NCBI GenBank assembly: GCA_001662655.1
Contig: KV460215.1
Length of the DNA stretch: 64,000 nucleotides
Strand: one strand, 5' to 3'
Origin: Pseudogymnoascus verrucosus
Lineage: Eukaryota
Shown here: positions 50,673 to 61,302 of the stretch, one piece after another
Position numbering within the stretch: the first letter of the stretch is position 1
How the letters are laid out: each line of letters begins with the position of its first letter
The notes under the pieces: model-generated
The model's database searches: none
What the model saw: the letters and a program-made list of their open reading frames with translations, nothing else
Told to the model about the DNA's origin: nothing
Program-made: the position numbers and the translations under genes

Positions 50673-51199
50673 ATGGGTGCGAAAGCGTTAAAGAAATTGT
50701 CCTCTGGACAGGTAAGATCTGTCTGCGCCTGTTTGGCCCCGCATGTTTGCTAACAACGCCTGTAGAATGGCGTTGGCGCCTTCATCCTGCAGTGCAAGAA
50801 GCTCGATTTCCACTACTGCGACTGGGCTGGTAGCTCAAGGGGCATGAAGTATGTTTCCATTCCCTTCTCCTACTTGCATAAAGGTTTTTAATACTAACAT
50901 CCCTCAGCGCATTCCTCCGCGACCAACTCCCCGCCTTCGCTGCCGCCAACCCAAGCATCGAAATCACCGTCTCTCCCCGTCCGAGCAAACACCCGGTCAT
51001 CAAGGGCACATTCATCAATGGTCGCGAGAAGGCAATTTGCGTCAGAAACTTACAGCCGATGTCGATTCTACAGAAGGCTGTTCTGCTGAGGGATGCGTCG
51101 GGCGAGAAGCTGAAGACCGAGACGAAGCCTGTCAAGTCTATCAACGACAGTGTGAGAGGTATCTGGTCGCCATACCACAGCGGGCCGATGACGGTCTAG
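50673..51199 (+). CDS. MRPL51: Mitochondrial ribosomal protein mL43 (yeast MrpL51; L51/S25/CI-B8 fold); introns 50712-50766 and 50849-50907
   Basis: NGVGAFILQCKKLDFHYCDWAGSSRGM, HPVIKGTFINGREKAICVRNL, SVRGIWSPYH. Divergent from SNP1 across ~270 bp. Confidence 0.93.
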
Positions 51200-51559
51200 G
51201 GAGGGCGTATGGGTGGATGGTTGTGGGATTGTATGAAAGGAAGAATACCAGAAGTTGGGGCATTGAGGGCGTTTAGGGAAGACTGTATACTATGTACAAA
51301 ATCGAAATAGGAGCGAATTACATCTAAGAAGAATTTGAAGCTACAAATTGGTTCACAAGGCAAGCGTGTTTATATCCAGTGGGATTGAGTGTTCGCGTTC
51401 AGTCATTGGCGACATGATCACAGCGGTCCACCACCAGGGTTTGTTTGGACAGACTTTTGGGCTACATGAGAACTTCAATTCTACTTTCTACTTTTATGCT
51501 GCAGGGTAAAAGCTTGCCGCCATTGCACACTCAAATAGGCCTAATTAACCCAGGAACCG

Positions 51560-52928
51560 CTTACAAGCGGGCGTTGACGATATCAACAACTACAAACAGT
51601 CAGCGATTGCCTCCTTCGTTCAGGGGAGGATAGAAACTTACACGCTGGCTTCAAGCTAGCACCTCCAACCAAGAACCCATCGATATCAGGCTGGGTAGCC
51701 AGGTCCTTGCAGTTCTTCTCGCTGACGGAGCCACCATAGATGATCCTCGTCTCCTCAGCGACCTTGTCGCTGATGGTCTTCGACAACCACTGGCGGAGAG
51801 CGATGTGGACCTCCTGTGCCTGGGCGGTGGTGGCGACCTTGCCGGTACCAATAGCCCAGATTGGCTCGTAGGCGATGACAACGTTAGCCCACTGCTCAGC
51901 GCTGATGGCCTTAGCGACGGCACCAAGCTGTGCGGTGACGACGGAGACGGTCTCGCCCTTCTCGCGCTGCTCGAGGGACTCGCCGCAGCAAAGGATGACG
52001 CGGACGCCCTGGTCAAGGGCGTTCTTGGTCTTGGAGGCGACGAACTCGTCAGACTCCTTGAGGATGACACGGCGCTCGGAGTGGCCGATCAGGGTCCAGC
52101 CGATGTTGGAGTCCTTAAGCTGGGCGGGGGAGATCTCGCCGGTGAAGGCGCCCTCGTTCTTGTCGTAGACGTTTTGGGCGGCGACCTCGACCTCCTTGCG
52201 GAGCTCGGCGCGGGCGAGAAGGAGGTAGAGTGCGGGAGGGGCGACGACGACCTCTGTTGTATTGCGTTAGATATGTGAATGTAATATAGAATAACCGCTG
52301 GAAAAGACGCCATTCATGCTCGAGAAGCTCTTCGAGGGAAAGAGGCATGGTTCCCTAAGATGCTGTTGCACTGGCAGACAGATCGGCGGAGCCAGCTTCG
52401 CAAGCAGCTCCGTCAACTGGGCTATCATCGTGATTCGCAAACAGTAAAGGCCCGCGACAGCCAAGCTTGCTGGGCAAACCGCCCGCGGCCAGCATCGGGA
52501 GGAAGAATTCTCGGCCCCTCTCAGAGGAAGAGGCAGCCAACTCCATGGGGAGAAGCCGCTGCAATCCCTCGAGATTGTTCTTTATCCATACCAGTAGTCC
52601 CTTAGATTCGGATGCAGCCATCCGATTGCCATCTGACTGAGCTCTATTGTGAATGACGTCCTTTCGATATGTACATACCGACTTTAGGGTCGAGGTTGGC
52701 CTCGTTCAGACCGCTGATGATCTTCTTGATGCTCTGGACAGAGCCATTCCTGTAGATAAATAATTAGCACCCTATATAAACCTCTCATTCCCCTATCTCA
52801 ATCGCCATGCGCCTTTGGATTCGTCGTCCCCAACGCCCAGAAAGCTCCCCTCCCCCACTTCCGGTATCGCACAGAGTGGCAGAACTTACATCTTGAAGTT
52901 ACCACCAACAAAGAATTGACGAGCCATC
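51560..52928 (-). CDS. TPI1: Triosephosphate isomerase, 4 exons (52890-52928, 52679-52749, 51642-52253, 51560-51589)
   Basis: MARQFFVGGNFKMNGS, GAFTGEIS, LIGHSERR, IAYEPIWAIGTG, IIYGGSV, DIDGFLVGGASLKP. Confidence 0.97.
52301..52665 (-). ncRNA. Putative structured RNA element inside TPI1 intron 2 (class unknown)
   Basis: 16-bp terminal stem (52650-52665 with 52301-52316) that pairs fully, with two G-U pairs, only on the TPI sense strand; several internal hairpins. Confidence 0.4.
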
Positions 52929-54183
52929 TTGACTGATTTTAAAGATAAACTTGGTGATTTTGAAATTGAAGCAAGCTACCAAAAGGTGTATAATGTACAG
53001 TATGGTTGAGAGAGGTTGTTGAACAAATTGCTCCAGTCGTCAGGCCCCAAAATATTAGTGGGGGTGATGACCTCAAGCGGGGCACCCTTATCCCGCCCAC
53101 TGACGACTTTTCCCGGCGCTTTCGCAACTTCCATCCGCGGCGCTTGCCATGAGAGTTACCCGGAGGGAACGACTACATGTGAAAATCACTATGGACTTTC
53201 AGCTGTAAGATAAGGTATCTGTATTTATTTTCTTTTTGTCTATTTACTTGCTGATGACTATTTTTGATTTCTCAAAGGTTCTGAAGATCTTATATGCTGT
53301 CAGATAATTGCTTTTCTTTTAATGTGCGTCCTTTTTATATATTATGCGTGTGTTTCCTTCCATACTCAACCCCATGCCGGGACAACGCATCGCCCAACAT
53401 CCCGCTTATTGGCCCCATCGAGGCATCTGTTTATTTGTACAACCCGGCGGTGCGAGCCGGCCCTCCCTTACTCCCCTGCCTCCCATCCCTTCCATGCATC
53501 CACCAGGCCTCGACACTATATGCACTCTCATCCGCAGCGTTGAAGGTGGCAGAGACCGGGATCTCATATTGGAGCGCTTCACGTCCGCCAACCCTCATTT
53601 ATGCTTCTTTGGGGAGGATGCAGCAGCGCTACTGTCTGATTTGCCGTTGAGAAACGGGTCGGGCCTCAACGCAGAGGAGGATGAGGCGATGTGGGGGGCT
53701 TGTCATCCAGGCTTCAGCGGAGGGATGTTAACCTTATATGAACCTTCTCTGTTTCTTCTGTTGATTATGGGCTTTATCACATCTCGACTGAATCATCATT
53801 TCTTTCGTTGGTCTCATTATATCAAGTTAAGTTGGACAGATTATAAGATGAATGCTGATACTTCATTTACTGTACTATGATATACTGTCATCAACGGAGT
53901 GCCTCCTGCTCCTCGAATCATCAGCCTTGCTTGCGCGAGACCATGGTCTGCTAACGTTACATACAATCATTAAAACGCCCATACTTGAGACAAAAGGAGA
54001 CCCAGCATCCTCGATATACTCCCACAGCCCAAAGAAAATACACGGATCAGATAGCAAGCGTCCCGCAATACTAATCATCCTCCAAATACATACTGGCAAA
54101 TTTTGCACAGGAAAAACACGCTCATACACATCGACCAACAAGATCTGTCAACAGTATCCAATCTGGCCCTCGTCCGACAAGAC

Positions 54184-56211
54184 CTAGTACGGCCTTGGCT
54201 CCCTCAGCGGCCGGAATGGGTTCCGGGGATAGTCGAACCCCTTGTCCTCCTCTAGGGGAATACGCTGCATCCCGCTTCGGGAACGATAGTCGTACTCCGG
54301 GCTGCGTCTCCTCGGCTCCGGTGAATAGCGGCCACTGCGGCCACTCTCACGAGGCAACGGCGACAGCGGTGCCGATGACATGGAAGACACCGACGGCGAC
54401 ATAGGTGGGTCCCTATATAACCTCTCTCCCCTATCCTCATCCAGGTATCGTCTCGGAAGCGGCAGTGCATACCCACGACCTCCCTCGTTGCGGAAGTCCT
54501 CGTTGCGGAGGTCCCGCCCATAGGGGCGTGAAATTCTCGCCGCAGCATCCTCCCGCCGAGCCAACGCCTCCCGAGCTAGCGACTCCCGAGCCAGAGCGTC
54601 CCTTAGTGCATCCTGGCGCATAATATCCTCAGCCTCGCGCAAGCGCGCGTCGTCGTTAGCTGCACGCTCGACATTGGAGATCATGCGTTGCGGCGGCGCG
54701 GCTGTGTATTGTGCGGCTGGTTGCTGGATGATAGCTGGCTGGGCGATAGCAGCGCGAGCCGCGGCAACGACACCCGCGGCGAAAGCGTCTGTATCGAAGT
54801 TGGGGCTGGCGATTCCCGGGTTGGGCTGCCCGTAGCTGTTCACGCGTGCACCGCCTAGGGGACGGTTGGGGTGTGGGACGTCAGGGGCGTATGAGAGGCT
54901 GCGGCGGCGACTGGGACTGTCGATCATGACGAAGTCCTCGCCGCGGTCGTAGTGGCTGCCACGGCGGCGCTCGCGGGAGCGCTGGAGCGGTCGATGAGAG
55001 CGAGGGTACTTGCGGCCGCCGGATCGGGATGAGGCGCTGGTGTGTGGGGTGCCTCCTTCGCTGTCGTAATGGCTGAATTCAGAATCGTAGTCCGAGTCCG
55101 TTTCGCTGTTGCTGCCGCTTGAGTAGTCATCCGAGTCGTTCATGTGGACTTTGGTGCCGGCGGCTTTTCCCTTTGGCGACTTGTGGGGTGTGCCGGGGCG
55201 GTGTTCTTGGATAATCTTGACGCCGCCAGGGGCGTTCTTGTTTTTGATAGGTTGGGCCCAGGGGCCTCCTTTCTGCTGCTGCTGCTGCTGTTGTTGGACG
55301 TTGCCCTTGTTATTCTGGGGCATGTACTGTCCACCACCCATCTGCTGTTGTTGCTGTTGTTGCTGTTGTTGCTGTTGTTGCTGTTGTTGCTGCTGCATCG
55401 CCGCCTGATGTTGCTGTTGTTGGAATATCTGTGCCTGCTGCTGCTGCTGCCTTTGAAATGCTTGCATGCGCATTCGCTCTTGACGCTCGCGGTACAACTG
55501 GATGGCGTCGATGTGTGGGAGTGGTGCGCGCTTGAGGTAGATCGTCATGGAGGTAGTCTCCTTGTTACCTGTCTTTGAGTTGGTAGACTCCTCGCGGTGA
55601 AGTTGGGCGAGGACCCACTCGAAGAACTGGCCTTCGCGCTCGGTCATGATCTTGTTGTCGAGGATGTTGGTGACCTGCATACTCTGGTTTGGGAACAGCT
55701 TGGCCTTCTTTTCCGCGATGGACAGTTTGCCGGCATCGAGCTTCTGAATCGTCTTTATGATATTTTCAGTTGGGTAGGATTCCTGGTTGATTGTGACCTT
55801 GGCCCAGCGCTCTCGTTTTTTGGACTTTGAGTCGTCCTTATCTTTCTTCTTATCCTTGGAGCTCTTGGAGTCCTTGTTTCCTTTGGAGCCCTTGGAGTCT
55901 TTGCCGTCATCTTCATTGTTTGGGAGAAGGGTGAATACTTCATACGAGGTAAGCTGCTTCTTGCAGAACGACTCGGATTCCGTCTTCTCGGGACGTATGT
56001 CGTGGATCCGAGTGGAGGCGTTGATAACAGTGTCTGGACGGTAAGCGGGAATGGGTCCACCCTGCTGGAAATTCTGTTGATACACAGGTTGTCGTGGTTG
56101 CTGAGGTTGCTGAGGGCGATTTACTGGAGGGCCGCCTTGGACCATTCCGGGTGGTGCTTGTTGGAAACCATGGTTAGGAGGTGGCGGCGGCAAGCCAGCA
56201 CGGTTCGCCAT
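54184..56211 (-). CDS. Hypothetical 675-aa low-complexity protein with polyQ tracts, intronless
   Basis: Long ATG-initiated ORF in good context (acaATG); a globular-looking segment (YEVFTL..WAKV..FEWVLAQL..TIYLKRAP) flanked by Q/P/R/S-rich regions. Confidence 0.75.
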   Translation of the reverse strand: MANRAGLPPPPPNHGFQQAPPGMVQGGPPVNRPQQPQQPRQPVYQQNFQQGGPIPAYRPDTVINASTRIHDIRPEKTESESFCKKQLTSYEVFTLLPNNEDDGKDSKGSKGNKDSKSSKDKKKDKDDSKSKKRERWAKVTINQESYPTENIIKTIQKLDAGKLSIAEKKAKLFPNQSMQVTNILDNKIMTEREGQFFEWVLAQLHREESTNSKTGNKETTSMTIYLKRAPLPHIDAIQLYRERQERMRMQAFQRQQQQQAQIFQQQQHQAAMQQQQQQQQQQQQQQQQQQMGGGQYMPQNNKGNVQQQQQQQQKGGPWAQPIKNKNAPGGVKIIQEHRPGTPHKSPKGKAAGTKVHMNDSDDYSSGSNSETDSDYDSEFSHYDSEGGTPHTSASSRSGGRKYPRSHRPLQRSRERRRGSHYDRGEDFVMIDSPSRRRSLSYAPDVPHPNRPLGGARVNSYGQPNPGIASPNFDTDAFAAGVVAAARAAIAQPAIIQQPAAQYTAAPPQRMISNVERAANDDARLREAEDIMRQDALRDALARESLAREALARREDAAARISRPYGRDLRNEDFRNEGGRGYALPLPRRYLDEDRGERLYRDPPMSPSVSSMSSAPLSPLPRESGRSGRYSPEPRRRSPEYDYRSRSGMQRIPLEEDKGFDYPRNPFRPLREPRPY
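55343..55396 (-). repeat. CAG/CAA trinucleotide repeat encoding an 18-residue polyglutamine tract
   Basis: ctgctgttgttgctgttgttg... on the + strand. Confidence 0.9.
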
Positions 56212-59158
56212 TGTTGCGGTGTTTGGGTGGATGATAGGAACCAGAGGCTATACAAGTTCACGTGCGGGAGAGGAATAAAGGCCAGCGCTATCCAGAGTTG
56301 CGGAGGTGAGAAGGCTTCGCTGAATGAGGACGGAGCCTTGGGGTCTTATATCACTTGGATGTGTATACAGACGAGGCTCGCTCGATGGACGGTTATTTCC
56401 GATCACGAATATTCTCGGTTCAGATCAGCTGAAAGTGAGGCTTTCCAAGGGGGGTTGCGGGAAATAAATAGGTGTGGTGATGAGATGTTGGTGGTCTGGC
56501 ACGAGAGGCAGGCTTCCGCCGGCAGCCTATCGAAGTGAGGGGTTCTCAAGATAGCGGCGGGGTATTTGCCAGGATACGACGACCACGACTAAGCGTCACG
56601 ATTAAATTCGTCAGGGGAGTTGATGTGGGATTTGGAGAAACGGGAAAGAGGGAAGAGTTCTGTTGTAATAATAAAGTGTTTCCCCCCCTCGTCCCTCGTG
56701 AAACGCAAACCTCAATGTGTTTTCCAAAGATGACCGACCTGCCGTACTTCTGCCGTACTTGCAGCCGGTCTGCACGTCTATACAAGGCACGCCCGAGAAG
56801 TGTACGTGAAGCATCCACATGGATTATACATAGTCATTGCGCCTCGCAAGGGCCAATAAGGCTGAGCGGGCGCGAAGGAATCAGAGGGTAGCATCTGGCG
56901 TAGGTAGCATGGATGGTTGTGTGTGGTTGTTATCAGGTAAATCAGGCAACCGGTCCAGGGTGAGACTCCGGCCTCCGAAACATGCGGGATACGGAGTGCA
57001 CTCTCACCGAGAGCCTCATGAGTGTTGTACTATACACGCCACAACACAATACATTGTTCATGATGCCGGTAATCTGTAGTTACACATTCGAAGATACTTG
57101 TGAATATAATTTTCTTTGTTTCGTGGTTCCTAAAGCGAAAAGCGAGGCTTACACCGCGCCGGCCCGCCGACTGGAACGATGGCGCGAGGCGAAGCCCAAG
57201 GCACTGCCCACTCACCACCCAGTACAAAGAGTTTCAGGAGACTGCAGCCAATCGAGTTGAATATCTTTTACTCGTTGCCATCAATTCAATCGAGTTTCTT
57301 CCATCTCCCAGAAGGGCAGCTCCCACAAGCGCCCGGTGTGTTAGTGCTTTTATGCATAGCATTTGTTACTGCATGCTGTCGCGTCAATGGCCCTAGACCG
57401 GTCGAGGATATAGGCTATGCTGCTTACTGGCCGTCATGCACAGTAGTATGGTAAGTGAGTTAGCATCCTAGACCAGCTGGACTAGAGCAGTCAGTCGGTC
57501 CAGTAGATAGCACCGACTTTAGGATGAGATTGGCCAACTCCTGCAGCCGCGTTGTGGCTTAGAACGGTTCTCAAGGAATCAGGAATGAATTAGAGACGTC
57601 AGCACGATGCGATGCCCCAAGGCCTCAAAGAACTATGTTCCTAACGTTCAGTGTGCCCTCGTGGATTGGCGAAACTTGGGCGCATCTCAAGCAGGACAAG
57701 ACATGACAAAGGGTTCGGCGGTGAGGAGGCAAGGGCGGCGTTTGGTTCGCTGATTTACATGACAATTACACAAGTCTGGAGAATAGTATAAGGCTGGAGG
57801 TAGCCAGGTCAAACCAATCAGCGCATCTCCCATTCCAATAAAATCACATGACTGCTGGGATTCCCATCAGCCACTGCGCCTTCAGCCACGATTCCTTCGC
57901 ATCCTCCAATAGAGTGACTATCATGGTGTTGCAGCTACACCAAAGGAAGGGTGTGGTCGACCCGCCGCGGGGACGAATAGCCCAGTTTACGGGTGAGCCA
58001 CAACCAATACAGCTGATGGCCCCCAGTTTACTATATCGCGGACCGGAACGAGGAAGGGAACTGACCAATCGAACTAACCAAGAGCCTTCATCGCTACCCG
58101 TGGATCTTTCCGCCACATACCCCATTCTTCAATTTATCCGCAGCGCAACCACTACGATAGTCGAGGTTGCACATAGAACACTCGTACACGCATCCAGCCA
58201 GCTGACGAGGAGCCGTGTCGGTGAGTGGAAGGGGGTGCTGTGAGATGGACGCTGATTCGATAGAGAGGCGATGGAGGGGGGTGCGACAACATCCAGCCAA
58301 CATCTGGCGTCCCAGCCAACAGGTGTTGACCGATGGTCCTGGGCAACACGGCTGCATAAAAGTGCCTTTTGTGTGAGAGTTCACCGGGGCAGCTGGGCGC
58401 TTTTGGTGGTGGCTATGGGCGTTGTTGAGGTGTGGTGATGAGTCAGGCCAAGGGCGATTTGTGATGGTTCTTGCGACAGATAACTGTCGCACTTCGGACT
58501 GAGACGGGCCTTTGCATGGCTGGCCATTCTGCATGGGGATATGCGAGATGGAGTATGTATCGGACGGGACCTTTTGGCCATCGCGGCACTATGTGAGGCA
58601 ACGCGTGGCGTTTAAGACATTTCGACCGGTTCCCAAGCCTTTTATTTTATTTTTTCCTTCAAGGGTATAGAAATGCAATAAGGGCTGCGTGAATTCTCAC
58701 ACCGAATATACATGAGCCTCACGAGATGACGAAACTTTGCAGCAGAGCCTTACCATCTCAACCACGACCGACAAATGACTGCCAACTCAGCGAGATCGTG
58801 TTTCAATATGCAGCATCTGTCATCCAGCTGTCAAGCAGACTTTTTGCCACCGGTGTGAGTAGCTTCTGCAGGGTCCGATTCCTCGACCTAACGGCCCGAC
58901 ATGTGTAACTGACGATGAATTTGCCACTGGCCACCTCACGATGTCTTGGTGCGGCATACCCCTTTCTATCTTTCCATCCCTCGTTCTCACTGGACCATCT
59001 CGGTGTGCTAGTGTTATAATCGACGAAAAAGGTGTGTCAACAACGCCCGATCTCAGCGTCAAGATATAGAGCCTCACTATTGCTACTCATCTAAGTTCTC
59101 CTCCAAATGTGCAGCCACAGTAAAGACTGCAGTCGCCACTCTCAACTGTGGGGTCTTA

Positions 59159-60948
59159 CCGCCGAAGATGTAGTTATGGAGCCTCATTATCCTCCAAAGA
59201 ACTGTAGTTTATCAGAGGTGAATAAAATATGGTATATAAAAGTGTATATCTAGTCTGCCCCACCGAGTTTAGTTGCCCCGTGATTAGGCAAGCCGTGTGC
59301 TCTCTTCATATCAACAGCTAAGAGCACTTGCAAAATCCCCGTTACAGCGGTGCCAAGGAACGCTATCAATACACTCGTTCCAGAATACCACTTGAAGATA
59401 CTTAGAGCCACGACCGGGAGAATAGAGGCGAGAACAAACCAAAGCCGGTAACGCATGCCAAGATGATGGTCACTAGCGTTTCGAAAGGTGAGGATGTAAG
59501 TCATTAGAACCGAAAGCAGCTGCGTAAGCGCCGTCTGGATAGCGTTATAATAGTCGAAGGCAGAGGAGTCGGATGGAGTTTGGTGAGAGAAGGAGCGGGT
59601 TTGGAATATAGCGCATAATAAATAGATCACAATATTGATACTCCACATTGTGAGGTCCTCCTAGTGGCCGGTTAGGTCAGCAGATGCAGAAGCCTCTCTA
59701 CTATAGTACTCACCTGTATGTATTGTGCCATGCCTCGAAGTTTAGATGACCGTTTATAGAGTTCAGGGGTGTGCAGAGGCGTTGATGGAGTCGTTGAAGG
59801 GACCATTGTGGTAGCACTATCTTCGCGATAACCCCTCCTTTTCCTCACTAGAAAACGTTTTTAGTATTTAACATGGTATTGGTGGTTCATCTTAAATGCA
59901 ACATACCTTGCGAGGACTGTGGAGGAGGATCTTGCTGTATATTCCATGCCTTGTAGTCTTCTTGAGCTGAAACGGCCTAGAGATGCGATTTGGTCCAATT
60001 CTTTAGCAACCTAGTTCTCACATAGATACCTTCTATGACCCCCATTGGTAATCTCTTTTCTGCCGAATGGTACTCCTCAAGTACCCTCTTACTCTCGGCA
60101 ATAGCGTTAGTAGCTAATGTTTCAATTTCCCTTGTATGTTTATCCCATTGAGTAACGTCAGGTGCGAAAATATCTGCCTTTTCTTGGATATACTTCATAT
60201 TTTCCCGCCAGGCCTCGATGGTATCGTGCGGACGATCTCTGCCTTGCATAGAACGGTCGAAATGGATGATATAATCAATAACCTCTACAGAAGTCAAACA
60301 GTCGCTTGCCTCTGCGCTGTTTAGTCTATCAATCGCCACATACGTCTTGACAAGTCCCGGTAAGAGAGAGAAATCTTCAAAGACGTTAACCCGTGATCTA
60401 ATAGAGTCGACTTCCTAGGAACCTTACGTTGCTCTAAGAAGTCTATGGAGTCTGGATATTTCGGATTCAAGCTAAGAAACTGCCTATCTATGGACCACCT
60501 GGATTTTTTTGGTCCGTAGCTGATACCTGCCCTAAACCACTTGATCATGGGGCCCGGAACCAGGACAGGCTCGGTATCCGACAACATGAATGTGAAGCTT
60601 AGGTTCTAACTCTAGCGATCAGGGTGTAAAGAAAAGAATAGAGTGGTTAAATAACGATCTCAGAGAAAAAGTTGCTTTGCTAACGAGGCTGTGTCTACAG
60701 AAACGCATCGAAGACCTGTCATGCAGCCATTGAGCGGGCCAACAGTATCCCTGCAAAATGGTCGTCGTCTGCCCTCATTTAGTCTCCACCACTTATCGAG
60801 CACTGCCACGATGAAGACAATAAATAGTTAATATAGATATGTAGCATAACAAAGCAACTAGAGAATTCGGAGACTAGCTAGTGCATTATTTCTCTCCGCC
60901 GAGGATGTAGTTATAAAGACTCATTAGCGCTTAAAGAACTGGAGTTTA
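59159..60948. repeat. Pair of diverged ~53-bp direct repeats (59159-59211 and 60896-60948)
   Basis: ccgccga(a/g)gatgtagttat..ag.ctcatta......aaagaactg.agttta; 43 of 53 positions identical by manual alignment. Confidence 0.8.
59250..60587 (-). CDS. Hypothetical multi-exon protein with C-terminal transmembrane helices; in-frame TAG at 59977-59979 (pseudogene, edited codon or extra 45-nt intron)
   Basis: Introns 60375-60427, 59848-59906 and 59661-59713 link ORFs 60321..60587, 59977..60339 and 59250..59648 in one frame; about four hydrophobic segments in the last exon. Confidence 0.5.
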
Positions 60949-61302
60949 AATAGGTTTGTAATTATAATATTATGCAAGATTGTGGTGCTAGAGCTGCTAT
61001 TTTCAGCTGGCGGTGCCTGGTGCTTTACGTAGCCTCAAACACCTCAAAACTTTGATCATGTGCCTAGGATGGCCATTGGCCGCCACCTAAATATCAGAAC
61101 GAAGGCACCAAACACCAAAACCCTTCGTCATAGTTTCTTCTACCTCTAGCCACAAACGTCCTAATTATACCTCTGTATAGATAATGCCCTAAAAATTAAG
61201 GGGCTCACCCTGACTTCTTTGCTACCATTGCAGCCACTAAGATAGCCGCTAACCTAGCACTTCGAACTCTGCTCGTGTTTTCTATATATGTCTACATCTC
61301 TC

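Noticed and set aside
52301..52665. TPP riboswitch, RNase P/MRP, snR30 or SRP identity for the TPI intron (contains CUGAGA, AGUGCAA, GAACCAU)
   Set aside because: Only isolated short motifs match; partner motifs (TPP core, CR-I/CR-V pseudoknot, m1, Alu motif) were not found in the required order.
53294..53880. 178-aa and 118-aa ORFs between TPI1 and the polyQ gene
   Set aside because: No recognisable motif or coding-like composition.
56535..58600. Scattered 60-146 aa ORFs
   Set aside because: No domain signal or consistent exon chain; treated as non-coding upstream DNA.
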